Shown: positions 48,403-58,144 of the stretch, piece after piece | Numbering within the stretch: position 1 is the stretch's first letter | Layout of the letters: each line of letters begins with the position of its first letter | Source: Deltaproteobacteria bacterium | Lineage (GTDB): Bacteria > Myxococcota > Kuafuiibacteriia > Kuafuiibacteriales > Kuafuiibacteriaceae | Direction of reading: 5' to 3' | Assembly: GCA_040218735.1 (NCBI GenBank) | Contig: JAVJQW010000017.1 | Span: 224,001-288,000, forward strand | Length of the DNA: 64,000 bases | Translations under genes and position numbers: made by a program | Notes under the pieces: generated by a model | What the model was told of the DNA's origin: nothing | Seen by the model: the letters and a program-made list of their open reading frames with translations, nothing else | Databases searched by the model: none

Positions 48403-50346
48403 ATGCGGTCCTGTCCGCAGTGTCGCTCCCTGTTCACCGGGGAAGGCGAGTTCTGCACGATCGACGGCACCCGTCTCGTCGAAGACGTCGACGATCCTCT
48501 GATCGGTGAACGCATCGACCGGTACCGCTTCGTCGAACGCCTCGGCACCGGCGCGATGGGCGTCGTCTACCGCGTCCGCCACACCGAGCTCGACCGCGAC
48601 TTCGCGATCAAGGTTCTGTATGGGGAGTTCGCGGCGAGTGAGTCCCTCTCCGCGCGCTTCCGACGCGAAGCGAAGGCGATGAGCCGGATGAGCCACCCGA
48701 ACGTGGTGAGCGTCGTCGACTTCGGCTCGACCGCGCACGGCCTCGAGTTCCTCGTGATGGAGTACATCGAGGGCCGCACCCTCGAGGACCTAATCGAAGA
48801 GTCAGGCCGCATCGAGCCGCGCCACGCGGCCTGGATCGCGCGGCAGATCGCGGCCGGGCTCCACGAAGCGCACCGCCTCGGGTTCGTCCATCGCGACGTG
48901 AAGCCCGCCAACGTGATGCTCTCCGGCGTCCGCGGTCGCGAGCGCGCGCAGGTGCTCGACTTCGGCATCGTCGGCGTCAAAGACGACTCGATCAGCGCGA
49001 AGCTCACCGGCACCGGGCGCATCGTCGGCACGCCTCGCTACATGTCCCCCGAACAGGCGCGCGCCACCGACGTCGGGCCGCCCGCCGACCTCTACTCGTT
49101 GGGCGTCGTGCTCTACGAGATGCTGAGCGGCGAGGTCCCGTTCCCCGGCGACGTGCTCGCGGACGTGCTGGTCATGCACTCGACCGCCGACCCCGCACCG
49201 CTGCCGCCTTCGGGCGGCTTGGAGACGGTGGTCGATCGGCTCCTCGTCAAGCGCTTCGAGGATCGTGTGCAGTCGGGCGCCGACGTCGTCGCGCTGCTGG
49301 ACGCATGCTTCGACGACCTCGCGCCGTCCTTCCCGTCGGTGGTGGAGGACGAGATCCCGACGGAGCGCCCGGCGCGCGTCGAAGAGGTCTTGGAGATCCC
49401 GCCGCTCGCCGACGAGGAGCTGCGCCCATTCCCGCGCAGCGACTCCGGGCTCGGGCTGCGCACGTCGGATCGTCCGGTGTCTTCGCCGTCGCTCTACGAC
49501 TCGGCGCCCGCGGCGTTCGCGGACCCGACGTTCCGCGCGGGGGTGGAGACCTCCGGGTTCGATGCGCCCGGCTCCGACAAACTCAGTCAGGTCGAGACGC
49601 CGACGCCGCAGGCGCCGACGCACGAGGGCTCGCAGCCGCTCGTCTCGACGCCGGCGCCGCCGAAGCAGAGCCTGACGCTGCCGCTGATCCTCCTCGCGGT
49701 CGTCGCGCTCGCGATCGCGACGGCGCTCGGCTTCCCGCGCTTCGCGGAGCCGCCGACGCCGAAGCGCGCGCCGGTGGCCGCCGCGACCCCCGCGCCCCCT
49801 CCGCTGCCGCACCTGATCCCGCTCGGGATCGATCACCGCCCCGACCGTCGTGGCCTCGATCCGAAGCGCCCCCGACGCCGCCGACGGCGGGTCCGGCCGA
49901 GGACCGAGACGAAGCCGACGCCGCCGAGCATCTCGGTGGCGGAGCTGGAGTTCGCGCTGGGTCACGTCCTCGCGCAGCGCGGCCTGTCGCTGACGGACCT
50001 GGAGGGGCTTCGGCCCACGCGGCGCCTCGCCCGGGCGTGGCGCACGGCCAAGGACGGGCAGACCGACGAACAAGCCGCGGCGACGCTCGCTCCGCTGATC
50101 GAGGCGACCCGGTCGGTGACGATCACGCGGGCCATGCTCAAGCGAAAGGCGCGTCGCGCGCGCAGGGCTTTCGATCGCGCCCGGGGCGGCCTGGATGAAG
50201 AATCGTCCGAATCGCTCGCGACCCGGATGAAAACGGCAGAGCTGCGGGTTCGGACCGGCAAGCCGAAGACCTTCGACGCCCTCGCCCGCGAAATCGCCGA
50301 CATCGAGAAGTCACTTGCTACGGCTCCGGCCCGGACCGTACGGTAG
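48403..50346 (+). CDS. Ser/Thr protein kinase with N-terminal zinc ribbon and TM
   Basis: CPQC...FCTIDG; LGTGAMGVVY, HRDVKPAN, DFG and GTPRYMSPE motifs. Confidence 0.95.
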   Translation: MRSCPQCRSLFTGEGEFCTIDGTRLVEDVDDPLIGERIDRYRFVERLGTGAMGVVYRVRHTELDRDFAIKVLYGEFAASESLSARFRREAKAMSRMSHPNVVSVVDFGSTAHGLEFLVMEYIEGRTLEDLIEESGRIEPRHAAWIARQIAAGLHEAHRLGFVHRDVKPANVMLSGVRGRERAQVLDFGIVGVKDDSISAKLTGTGRIVGTPRYMSPEQARATDVGPPADLYSLGVVLYEMLSGEVPFPGDVLADVLVMHSTADPAPLPPSGGLETVVDRLLVKRFEDRVQSGADVVALLDACFDDLAPSFPSVVEDEIPTERPARVEEVLEIPPLADEELRPFPRSDSGLGLRTSDRPVSSPSLYDSAPAAFADPTFRAGVETSGFDAPGSDKLSQVETPTPQAPTHEGSQPLVSTPAPPKQSLTLPLILLAVVALAIATALGFPRFAEPPTPKRAPVAAATPAPPPLPHLIPLGIDHRPDRRGLDPKRPRRRRRRVRPRTETKPTPPSISVAELEFALGHVLAQRGLSLTDLEGLRPTRRLARAWRTAKDGQTDEQAAATLAPLIEATRSVTITRAMLKRKARRARRAFDRARGGLDEESSESLATRMKTAELRVRTGKPKTFDALAREIADIEKSLATAPARTVR

Positions 50347-50390
50347 GACAGCTCGGGCGAACCCGGGTTCAACTATTTCGAACAATCACC

Positions 50391-50413
50391 TTGACGCACC
50401 GAACGGTCGTTCG
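50391..50413 (+). promoter_or_regulatory. -35 box plus TetR operator palindrome
   Basis: TTGACG at 50391 followed by CGAACG-GT-CGTTCG (50400-50413), directly before the tetR start. Confidence 0.7.
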
Positions 50414-50417
50414 CCAT

Positions 50418-51053
50418 ATGGCGCGCGTGCCGCGGGACGCCACCCAAGAGGCCAAGGCCGAGCGCCGGGCCCGGCTCGCGGACCACCAACGCCAGCAGAT
50501 CACGAGCGCGGCCGCGCGTTGTTTCGCCGAGGCCGGCTACGACGCGACCACCATGCGCGCGATCGCCGAAGCGTGCGGTTTCACGGCGTCGTCGCTGTAC
50601 ACGTACTTCGACGGCAAGGAAGACATCTTCTCCGCGATCATCGAGCAGCTCTCCGAGCACGCGAACGACGTGTTCACGCGGCCGATGCCTCCGAGCATGG
50701 GCTTCGAGCAGCGCCTGGAGCTGCTCTTCATGCGTTTACTCGAATTTACAGAAACTCAACGTGACGCGCTGATCTTCATGAAGAAGATGCACCACGGTTG
50801 CGCCGCCGCGAGCGCCGCGACCGACACCATGATCCGCTCTGAAGTCGAATTCATCGACGCGATCCGCGACTGGATCGCGAGCAACGCCGCCGACCAAGAC
50901 TTCGGCGACGCAACGCTGGATGATGTCGCCTTCTTCGTGTGGGGCACCATGCACGGCTTCTTCGTGCAGTGGCTCGCACGCGGCGACGCCGCGAAGTTGG
51001 GAAACAAACTCTCCGTCATGACGCAGTTGATTCTGAAAGGTCTGAGGCCATGA
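50418..51053 (+). CDS. TetR family regulator of the efflux operon
   Basis: ITSAAARCFAEAGYDATTMRAIAEACGFTASSLYTYFDGKEDI. Confidence 0.92.
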   Translation: MARVPRDATQEAKAERRARLADHQRQQITSAAARCFAEAGYDATTMRAIAEACGFTASSLYTYFDGKEDIFSAIIEQLSEHANDVFTRPMPPSMGFEQRLELLFMRLLEFTETQRDALIFMKKMHHGCAAASAATDTMIRSEVEFIDAIRDWIASNAADQDFGDATLDDVAFFVWGTMHGFFVQWLARGDAAKLGNKLSVMTQLILKGLRP

Positions 51054-52453
51054 GTGCCGCCATCCTGTGCGTCGCGCTGTTGAGCGCGGCGCAGCAACCA
51101 TCCTCGTCCGAGGTGATGTCGGTGCTCGAGCCGACGTCCGGCGGCCTGACGACCGACGAAGTGATCCGTCGCGTGCTGGAGACCTCGCCCGAAGCGATGA
51201 AGGCCGAGGTCGAGCACATGAAGGCCGCCGAGGAGGCGAACACCGCGTGGACGGGCTACGCCCCGCGCGTCGACTTGTCGGCGGGATACCAGCGGCTGTC
51301 GCCGATCACGTTGCCGCCCTGTGACCCTTCGCTCCCAGAGGACGAGCAGTTCTTCTGCCTCCCGCCGGGTGTGAACCAGAACGACGTACAGGGCTTCGGT
51401 GCATTCCCACTCGACAGCTACAGCCTCGTCGCGTCGGTCTCCGTGCCGGCGAGCGACTACTTCCTGCGCATCATGCCGGGCTACGACGCCGTCGTCGGGA
51501 CGGAAGAGGTCGCGCGAAATCAGCTCGCCGCGAAGCGCGAGGAGGTCGCGTTCACCGCCGTGCAGATGTACCTCGACGCCATTCGCGCGCGCGCCGGACG
51601 CGTCGTCGCGGAGAAGTCGGTCGGAGTCCTCACGACGCAGATGGAGGACCTGCAAAAGCTCGCCGAGGCCGGTCTGAGCACCAACGGCGACGTCCTTCAG
51701 GTGAAGGCGCAGGTCGCTTCGGCGCAGGTCGCGCTCGAGCAGGCCAAGGGCGGCGTCATCGTGGCCAACGCGCGGCTCCGCCGGGCGCTGCACGATCCGC
51801 AAGCCAAGCTCGAACACGGTGAGGACCTCCTCGCGAGCGCGAACATCGAGCTCCCGGAGTACGAGGCAGCGCTGGAGCAAGCGATTGAAGACCGTTTCGA
51901 ACTCCGCGCGCTCCGCAAGCTCGTCGACGTGCAGGCCAACTTCGCGAAGCTCGAGCGCGTCGGTGTGTTCCCGCGACTCACCATCGACGGATCCGCCACC
52001 CACGCCCGGCCAAACCAGCGCGTGTTCTTCGACCCGACGGGCTTCAACACGACCTGGCAGATCGGCGTGAACCTCCGCTGGTCGCCGAACGACGCGGTCG
52101 TCGGCATGTCCAACTGGGACAACGCGGACCGCGACGTCGCGCTCGTCGAGACGGACATCATCGCGCTGACGGATCTCATCGCGGTCGAGGTCGCGAACGC
52201 GCTGGCCACGATGCGCTCGACGCGTGCGTCGATCCTCGCCGCACGCGAAGGTCTGGAGGCCGCCGAGGGCGCCTTCGACGACCGCAAGAAGCTCCTCGAC
52301 GCCGGACAGGGCACCACCCGCGAGCTCCTCCTCGCGGAGCAGGACCTGCGAAACGCCGAGCTGCAGATCATCAACGCACACTTGGATCTTCGCCTCGCCC
52401 GGGCACGACTCGATCGCGCGCTCGGCCGGCTGCACAAAGGAGACGATCGATGA
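51050..52453 (+). CDS. TolC family outer membrane efflux protein
   Basis: Signal peptide and two OEP repeats (AGLSTNGDVLQ; AGQGTTRELLLAE); ATGA overlaps on both sides. Confidence 0.9.
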   Translation: MSAAILCVALLSAAQQPSSSEVMSVLEPTSGGLTTDEVIRRVLETSPEAMKAEVEHMKAAEEANTAWTGYAPRVDLSAGYQRLSPITLPPCDPSLPEDEQFFCLPPGVNQNDVQGFGAFPLDSYSLVASVSVPASDYFLRIMPGYDAVVGTEEVARNQLAAKREEVAFTAVQMYLDAIRARAGRVVAEKSVGVLTTQMEDLQKLAEAGLSTNGDVLQVKAQVASAQVALEQAKGGVIVANARLRRALHDPQAKLEHGEDLLASANIELPEYEAALEQAIEDRFELRALRKLVDVQANFAKLERVGVFPRLTIDGSATHARPNQRVFFDPTGFNTTWQIGVNLRWSPNDAVVGMSNWDNADRDVALVETDIIALTDLIAVEVANALATMRSTRASILAAREGLEAAEGAFDDRKKLLDAGQGTTRELLLAEQDLRNAELQIINAHLDLRLARARLDRALGRLHKGDDR

Positions 52454-53550
52454 AGAAGGCGAAGCTGCTGATGTTGACGCTCGTAGGCGCCGCCGCGTGC
52501 GCGCCGGCCGAGGGTTCCAAGGGTGCCGATCCCGAAGGGGGCCGGACCACGAGCAAGAAGGTCGCACCCGAGGCGCGCGCAACGCGCGTCGAGGTCGCGA
52601 CGGTCGGTGCGTCGGACGCGACGCTCGATCTGGTGCTGCCCGGTGAGGTCGAGGGGAGCAAGACCGCGCTCCTCGCGTCGCCGATGGGCGGCTACGTCGA
52701 AGGGGTCTACGTCGACGTCGGCGACGCGGTGAAGACGGGTCAGGCCCTCGCGGCCGTGGACCGCTCCACCTACGACGTCCGACTCACGCAGGCGAAGATC
52801 CAGCTGGACCAGACGACGACCGACTTCGAAGCGGTCGAGCGCGCCGGCAAGAGCATCGCGAAGACGCGCCGCGACCAGGCTCGTTTCGCGAAGGACGGCG
52901 CGCAGGCCGCGTTCGACCTCGCCGAGCTCCAGGCGAAGCGCGCCACGGTGCGCGCACCGTTCTCCGGTGTCGTCGCAGAGCGACGCGTGGAGAAGGGCGA
53001 GGTGCTCCCGCCGGGCGGCGCGGTCGTCCGACTCGTTCGGCTCGACCCGATCCGCATCAACCTGTCGGTCTCCGACCGCGACGTCGTGAACCTCGACAAG
53101 GGGATGGCGGTCCGCGTGTCGGCGGACGCCAGCACGGGCGTCATCAACGGAAAGATCGAGCGCATCAGTCCGGCCGCGAGCCTCAACACGCGCACGTTCG
53201 AGGTGCTCGTCGAGGTCGACAACGACGGCAAGACCCTCCGGCCCGGCATGATCGCCACGGTCCGCGCCAAGGTGCCCGTCGCCGGCGAGGGCCTGTCCAT
53301 CCCGCAGTACGTGCTCGTCACGCGCCTCGAAGGTAACGGCGTCTTCGTCGAGCAGGAGGGCGTCGCCCGCTGGCGCGATGTCGAGCTCGGCGGAATCGTC
53401 CGCGGACAGGTGCTGGTGAAGTCCGGCATCAACGTCGGGGACCGCGTGGTCGTCACGGGCCACCGCGAGCTCGCGGACGGCGACAAACTCCTGGTCGCGC
53501 GCGAAGGCAAGTGCTGCCGCGACGGCCAGGTCATCTTCGGAGACAAGTGA
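52450..53550 (+). CDS. RND efflux periplasmic adaptor (MFP) lipoprotein
   Basis: Lipobox AAAC; VDVGDAVKTGQ, VRAPFSGVV, TRTFEV and LRPGM motifs. Confidence 0.93.
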   Translation: MKKAKLLMLTLVGAAACAPAEGSKGADPEGGRTTSKKVAPEARATRVEVATVGASDATLDLVLPGEVEGSKTALLASPMGGYVEGVYVDVGDAVKTGQALAAVDRSTYDVRLTQAKIQLDQTTTDFEAVERAGKSIAKTRRDQARFAKDGAQAAFDLAELQAKRATVRAPFSGVVAERRVEKGEVLPPGGAVVRLVRLDPIRINLSVSDRDVVNLDKGMAVRVSADASTGVINGKIERISPAASLNTRTFEVLVEVDNDGKTLRPGMIATVRAKVPVAGEGLSIPQYVLVTRLEGNGVFVEQEGVARWRDVELGGIVRGQVLVKSGINVGDRVVVTGHRELADGDKLLVAREGKCCRDGQVIFGDK

Positions 53551-56500
53551 TGCTGAAAGCGCTGATCGACAAAGCCGCCGTCGTCGGGCTGCTCGTCGCG
53601 GTCATCATCATCTTCGGCTGGAAGGTCTACGAGGAGATGCCGCGCGAAGCGGCGCCCGACGTCGACATCCCCGTCGTCCTGATCACGACCCCGTACATCG
53701 GTGTCTCCGCGAAGGACATCGAGACGCTGATCACCACGCCGATCGAGAACGAGCTGACGTCCGTGAAGGACGTGAAGAAGATGTCGTCGACGTCCGCCGA
53801 GGGCGCGTCGATCATCTCGCTCGAGTTCGAGCCGGAGGTCATCATCGAAGACGCGCTGCAGCGCGTCCGCGACCGCGTGAACCGCGCGCGCGCGAAGATC
53901 CCGGACGAAGCCGAAGAGACCGACATCCGCGAGGTCTCGTTCTCCGACTTCCCGATCCTCATCCTGACCCTCGCGGGCCCCGTGGACGACGCCGTCCTGA
54001 AGGACCTCGGCGAGGACATGGAGGAGCGCGTCAAGCGCATCAACGGCGTCCTCGACGCGAAGATCACCGGCGGGCGCGAGCGCGAGATCAAGGTGCAGGT
54101 GGACCCGTTCCGCCTGCAGCACTTCGGCCTGCAGCTGCAGGACGTCGTCAACGCCATCTCCGCCGAGAACGTGAACATCCCCGGCGGCGACGTCACGACC
54201 GGCGACGCGAAGTTCCTGCTCCGCGTCCCCGGTGAGTTCGAGGTCGGCAAGGAGATCGAAAACGTCGCGATCAAACGCGTCGGCGATCGCCCCGTCTTCG
54301 TCCGCGACGTCGGTCGCATCGAAGACGAGTTCAAGGAGCGCGAGTCCTACGCGCGCATGAACGGGCGCCCCGCCGTCTCGATCGCGGTCACCAAGCGGAC
54401 CGGCGCCAACATCCTGCAGATCGCCGACGCCGTGAAGGTCCTCGCCGCCCAGCAGTCGAAGACGTGGCCGGAGGGGGTCAACTACCGGATCGTCGGCGAC
54501 CAGTCGAAGCAGATCCGCGACATGGTCGCCGAGCTCGAGAACGGCATCATCACGGCGCTGATCCTCGTGGTCGCCGTGCTCCTGTTCGCGATGGGCGCAC
54601 GCAACAGCCTGTTCGTCGCGGCGGCGATCCCGCTGTCGATGCTCCTCGCCATCATGGTGCTGTTCGGCTTCGGCTTCACGCTCAACATGATGGTCCTGTT
54701 CTCACTGATCCTCGCGCTCGGCATGCTCGTCGACAACGCGATCGTCATCGTCGAGAACATCTACCGCCACGTCGAGATGGGTAAGACGCTCAAGGAGGGC
54801 GCCATCGACGGCACGCGCGAGGTCGCCGGTGCGGTCACCGCGTCGACCGCGACCACCGTCGCCGCGTTCCTCCCGCTCGTCTTCTGGACCGGCATCATGG
54901 GCCAGTTCATGGGTTACATGCCCAAGACGGTCGTCACCGTGCTGATCGCCTCGCTGGTCGTCGCGATCGTCGTCCTCCCGGTCATCACCGGGCGTGCGAT
55001 GAAGCGCACCGGCAAGAAGGTCGACGAGTCGGGCATCCCGAAGAACGCGATCATGCGCGCGTACCAGTCGGTCCTGAAGATCTCGATCGACCACCGGTAC
55101 ATCTCGGCGACCCTCGGCGTGGTCAGCTTGTTCGGCACGTTCTTCGCGTACGCCGTCCTGAACCACGGCACCGAGTTCTTCCCCGAGACGGAGCCGAACC
55201 GCGCGACGATCTCGGTGCGCGCCCCCGACGGCACGGACGTCGACGCCACCGACGACATCGTCCGCCAGGTCGAGGCCGTGCTCGTCGAGGAGGAGAACGT
55301 CGACTTCTACGTCGCGGAGACCGGCGTCTCCGGCGGCGGCGATCCGATGTCGGGCGCGCAGTCCGTGCCGCACATGGCGCGCATCACGCTCGACTTCCTG
55401 CCGGACCGCAACACGGCGAAGGAAGGCGAGAAGATCCGCGTCGAGAACACCACCGACACGATCGATCGCCTCCGCGACAAGATCGCGCGGATCCCCGGTG
55501 CGGCGCTCACGATCGACAAGGAGCGAATGGGCCCGCCGGTCGGTAAGCCGATCGCCGTCGAGGTGTCGGGCGACGACTTCAACGAGGTCGGCTCCATCGC
55601 CGCCCGCGTGCGCCGCGAGCTCGCGGGCATCGAGGGCACGACCGACCTCGAGGACGACTATCGCGTCGGCCGACCGGAGCTGCGGCTCCGCATCGACCGC
55701 GGCGCCGCCAAGCGCGTCGGCGCCGACACCCGAACGGTGGCGAGCACGATCCGGACGGCGGTCGCAGGTCAGATTGCGAGCACCATCCGCGACGGCGAGG
55801 ACGAGTACGACATCGTCGTCAACATCGCGCCGGAGTTCCGCGACGACCTCCAGGCCGTCCTCGGCCTGCGCATCCCCGGCCGCCTGGACACGAGCCCCGA
55901 CACGTTCCCGGTGCCCCTGTCGACGCTCGCTTCGTACGAGCTCGCGGGCGGCAGCGGATCGATCCGCCACATCGACCGCAAGCTCGTGGTCACGATCAGC
56001 GGCGACGTCGCGGAGGGTTACAACGAAAACGCCGTCCGCGCCGAGGTGATGAAGTACATCGAAGAGGCCGAGATGCCGGCGAACACGTTCCTCCGCCTCG
56101 GCGGCGCGAACGACGAGCAGAAGAACGCGCAGGAGTTCTTGGGCAACGCCTTCCTCATCGCGCTGTTCCTGATCGCCATCGTGCTCGTCGCGCAGTTCAA
56201 CCGCTTCGACCTGCCGTTCATCATCCTCGCGTCGGTGATCCTGTCGCTGATCGGCGTGCTCTGGGGGCTCGTGCTCACCGGCACCCCATTCGGGATCATG
56301 ATGACGGGGCTGGGGGTCATCTCCCTCGCGGGGGTGGTCGTGAACAACGCGATCGTGTTGCTCGACTACGTGCAGCAGCTCCGAGAGCAGGGCATGGCGA
56401 CGTACGACGCGTTGATCCAAGCCGGCATGACGCGCTTCCGCCCGGTGATCCTCACGGCGATCACGACGATGCTCGGCCTCATCCCGATGGCGCTCGGCAT

Positions 56501-56756
56501 CTCGTTCGACTTCCGCGAGCTCAAGTGGATCGTCGGCAGCCAGAGCGCGCAGTTCTGGGGACCGATGGCGGTCGCGGTCATCTTCGGCCTGCTCGTCGCG
56601 ACCGTGCTGACGCTGGTGATGGTGCCGACGATGTACTCGATCTTCGAGGACATCCGCCGCGTCCTCGGACGCGCCTTCAAGCGGAGCCCCGCGCACGCCG
56701 ACGACGAGGATCACGCCCACGACAGCGCCGGGCAGCCCTCCCCCGCCTCGCACTGA
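53547..56756 (+). CDS. RND efflux permease (AcrB/AcrD/AcrF family)
   Basis: LALGMLVDNAIVIVEN, GVVVNNAIVL and RFRPVILTAITT motifs; 12-TM layout. Confidence 0.96.
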   Translation: MMLKALIDKAAVVGLLVAVIIIFGWKVYEEMPREAAPDVDIPVVLITTPYIGVSAKDIETLITTPIENELTSVKDVKKMSSTSAEGASIISLEFEPEVIIEDALQRVRDRVNRARAKIPDEAEETDIREVSFSDFPILILTLAGPVDDAVLKDLGEDMEERVKRINGVLDAKITGGREREIKVQVDPFRLQHFGLQLQDVVNAISAENVNIPGGDVTTGDAKFLLRVPGEFEVGKEIENVAIKRVGDRPVFVRDVGRIEDEFKERESYARMNGRPAVSIAVTKRTGANILQIADAVKVLAAQQSKTWPEGVNYRIVGDQSKQIRDMVAELENGIITALILVVAVLLFAMGARNSLFVAAAIPLSMLLAIMVLFGFGFTLNMMVLFSLILALGMLVDNAIVIVENIYRHVEMGKTLKEGAIDGTREVAGAVTASTATTVAAFLPLVFWTGIMGQFMGYMPKTVVTVLIASLVVAIVVLPVITGRAMKRTGKKVDESGIPKNAIMRAYQSVLKISIDHRYISATLGVVSLFGTFFAYAVLNHGTEFFPETEPNRATISVRAPDGTDVDATDDIVRQVEAVLVEEENVDFYVAETGVSGGGDPMSGAQSVPHMARITLDFLPDRNTAKEGEKIRVENTTDTIDRLRDKIARIPGAALTIDKERMGPPVGKPIAVEVSGDDFNEVGSIAARVRRELAGIEGTTDLEDDYRVGRPELRLRIDRGAAKRVGADTRTVASTIRTAVAGQIASTIRDGEDEYDIVVNIAPEFRDDLQAVLGLRIPGRLDTSPDTFPVPLSTLASYELAGGSGSIRHIDRKLVVTISGDVAEGYNENAVRAEVMKYIEEAEMPANTFLRLGGANDEQKNAQEFLGNAFLIALFLIAIVLVAQFNRFDLPFIILASVILSLIGVLWGLVLTGTPFGIMMTGLGVISLAGVVVNNAIVLLDYVQQLREQGMATYDALIQAGMTRFRPVILTAITTMLGLIPMALGISFDFRELKWIVGSQSAQFWGPMAVAVIFGLLVATVLTLVMVPTMYSIFEDIRRVLGRAFKRSPAHADDEDHAHDSAGQPSPASH

Positions 56757-56779
56757 CCAAAGTGCTATCGTCGCCACCG

Positions 56780-58144
56780 ATGCGAAGGTGGCTCGTGGTC
56801 CTCCCGCTGGCGCTCGCCGGCTGCCCCAGCCTCGACATCGACGCGCTCACCTACCCGTGCGCCGAAGACGGCGACTGCCCGGCCGCGCAGGCCTGTGATC
56901 TCATCGACACCGTCTGCGTCGCGCCGGCCTCCGCGCGCCCGCTCCCCGAGGCGCGCCCCGCGACCGACGCGTGGGGACAACTGCTGGGGCTCGGCGTCGC
57001 CGACGGCCGCTTCGTACGCTGGTACGCCCGCGGCGCGTTCACGCAGATCGAGGACCTCACCCAGCCCGACGACGGAACCGGCGCCTTCGCCCACGACCTC
57101 ACCGAGGTCGTCGCCGTCGCCAAGGCCGACGGCCTGCCCGCCTACACGTTCTTCGCAGACCAGCGACTCGCGCGGGGTCCGCTCGCCGCGCCGGACCGCG
57201 AGCCGCTCGGACGCTACGAGGCACCGGCCGGCGTCGTCGGGATCGCGATGGCTCCGGACGGTTCGACCGTGACCTGGCTCGACGACGACACGGTCGTGTA
57301 CGGCACCCCCGAAGACCTCGGCGCGGGCGCCACCGCCGACGTGACCTGGCCGGTCGGCAAACACGCCGCCAACGCCGACGCCTTCGCCCTCGCCGCGGAC
57401 GGGACCGCGTGGGTGCTGTTCCGCGACGGCACCGTCGCCAGCGGCACACCCGAAGAGCTTACGCGGACCGTTCGACCGGGGCGCCTCGTCGGCTTCGACA
57501 TCTCGACCGAGCCGCGCACCTTCCTCTACTACGCGACCGGCTGGTGCAAGGTGCTGCTCGACGATCCGTTCGTCGCGTTCAAGCGCCAGTCGGAGCCGTG
57601 GTCGGGCGACTGGGCGGCGACGTCGTCCTCGTCGGACTGGCTCGCGGAGCGTTGGATCACGCTGCCGGAGGACCGCAGACCCGACGAGATCCTGGACGTG
57701 AGCATGGGCGGCGCCTCCACGAGCACGGTGCACGTGTACTTCCACGACGCGGTGCGCGTGGAGTCGATGGGCCCGTTCGACTTCACCGGCGCCCGCTCGT
57801 TCACGAACCTGTCGCCCGAGGTCACGCCTGAAGTCGTAGGTATGGGGCAGGTCGCCGGCGTGTTGTACACGTACGTCCGCGACGTCGGCGTGTATCGCAG
57901 CGACCACGTCGCGCTCCCGATCCCGCCGGACGTGGAGCCGGTCGACGTGGTGTTCCCCGAAGGCCAGAGCTTCGACACCATCGCGGCGATCGCGGGCGAA
58001 CAACGCAACAGTCGCCCGCGCCCGATCGTCGGGGCGATCTGGGCGATCTTCACGGACGGCTCGATCGCCGAGGGCCGCAGCTTCGACTTCCGCGGGGACG
58101 CGGGCCTGCGGGACATCGGCTACCGCTCCATCGACGGCGACTGA
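56780..58144 (+). CDS. Cys-rich lipoprotein with beta-propeller-like repeats
   Basis: Lipobox LAGC; CAEDGDCPAAQAC...VC module; repeated blades such as VVGIAMAPDGSTVTWLDD. Confidence 0.7.
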   Translation: MRRWLVVLPLALAGCPSLDIDALTYPCAEDGDCPAAQACDLIDTVCVAPASARPLPEARPATDAWGQLLGLGVADGRFVRWYARGAFTQIEDLTQPDDGTGAFAHDLTEVVAVAKADGLPAYTFFADQRLARGPLAAPDREPLGRYEAPAGVVGIAMAPDGSTVTWLDDDTVVYGTPEDLGAGATADVTWPVGKHAANADAFALAADGTAWVLFRDGTVASGTPEELTRTVRPGRLVGFDISTEPRTFLYYATGWCKVLLDDPFVAFKRQSEPWSGDWAATSSSSDWLAERWITLPEDRRPDEILDVSMGGASTSTVHVYFHDAVRVESMGPFDFTGARSFTNLSPEVTPEVVGMGQVAGVLYTYVRDVGVYRSDHVALPIPPDVEPVDVVFPEGQSFDTIAAIAGEQRNSRPRPIVGAIWAIFTDGSIAEGRSFDFRGDAGLRDIGYRSIDGD

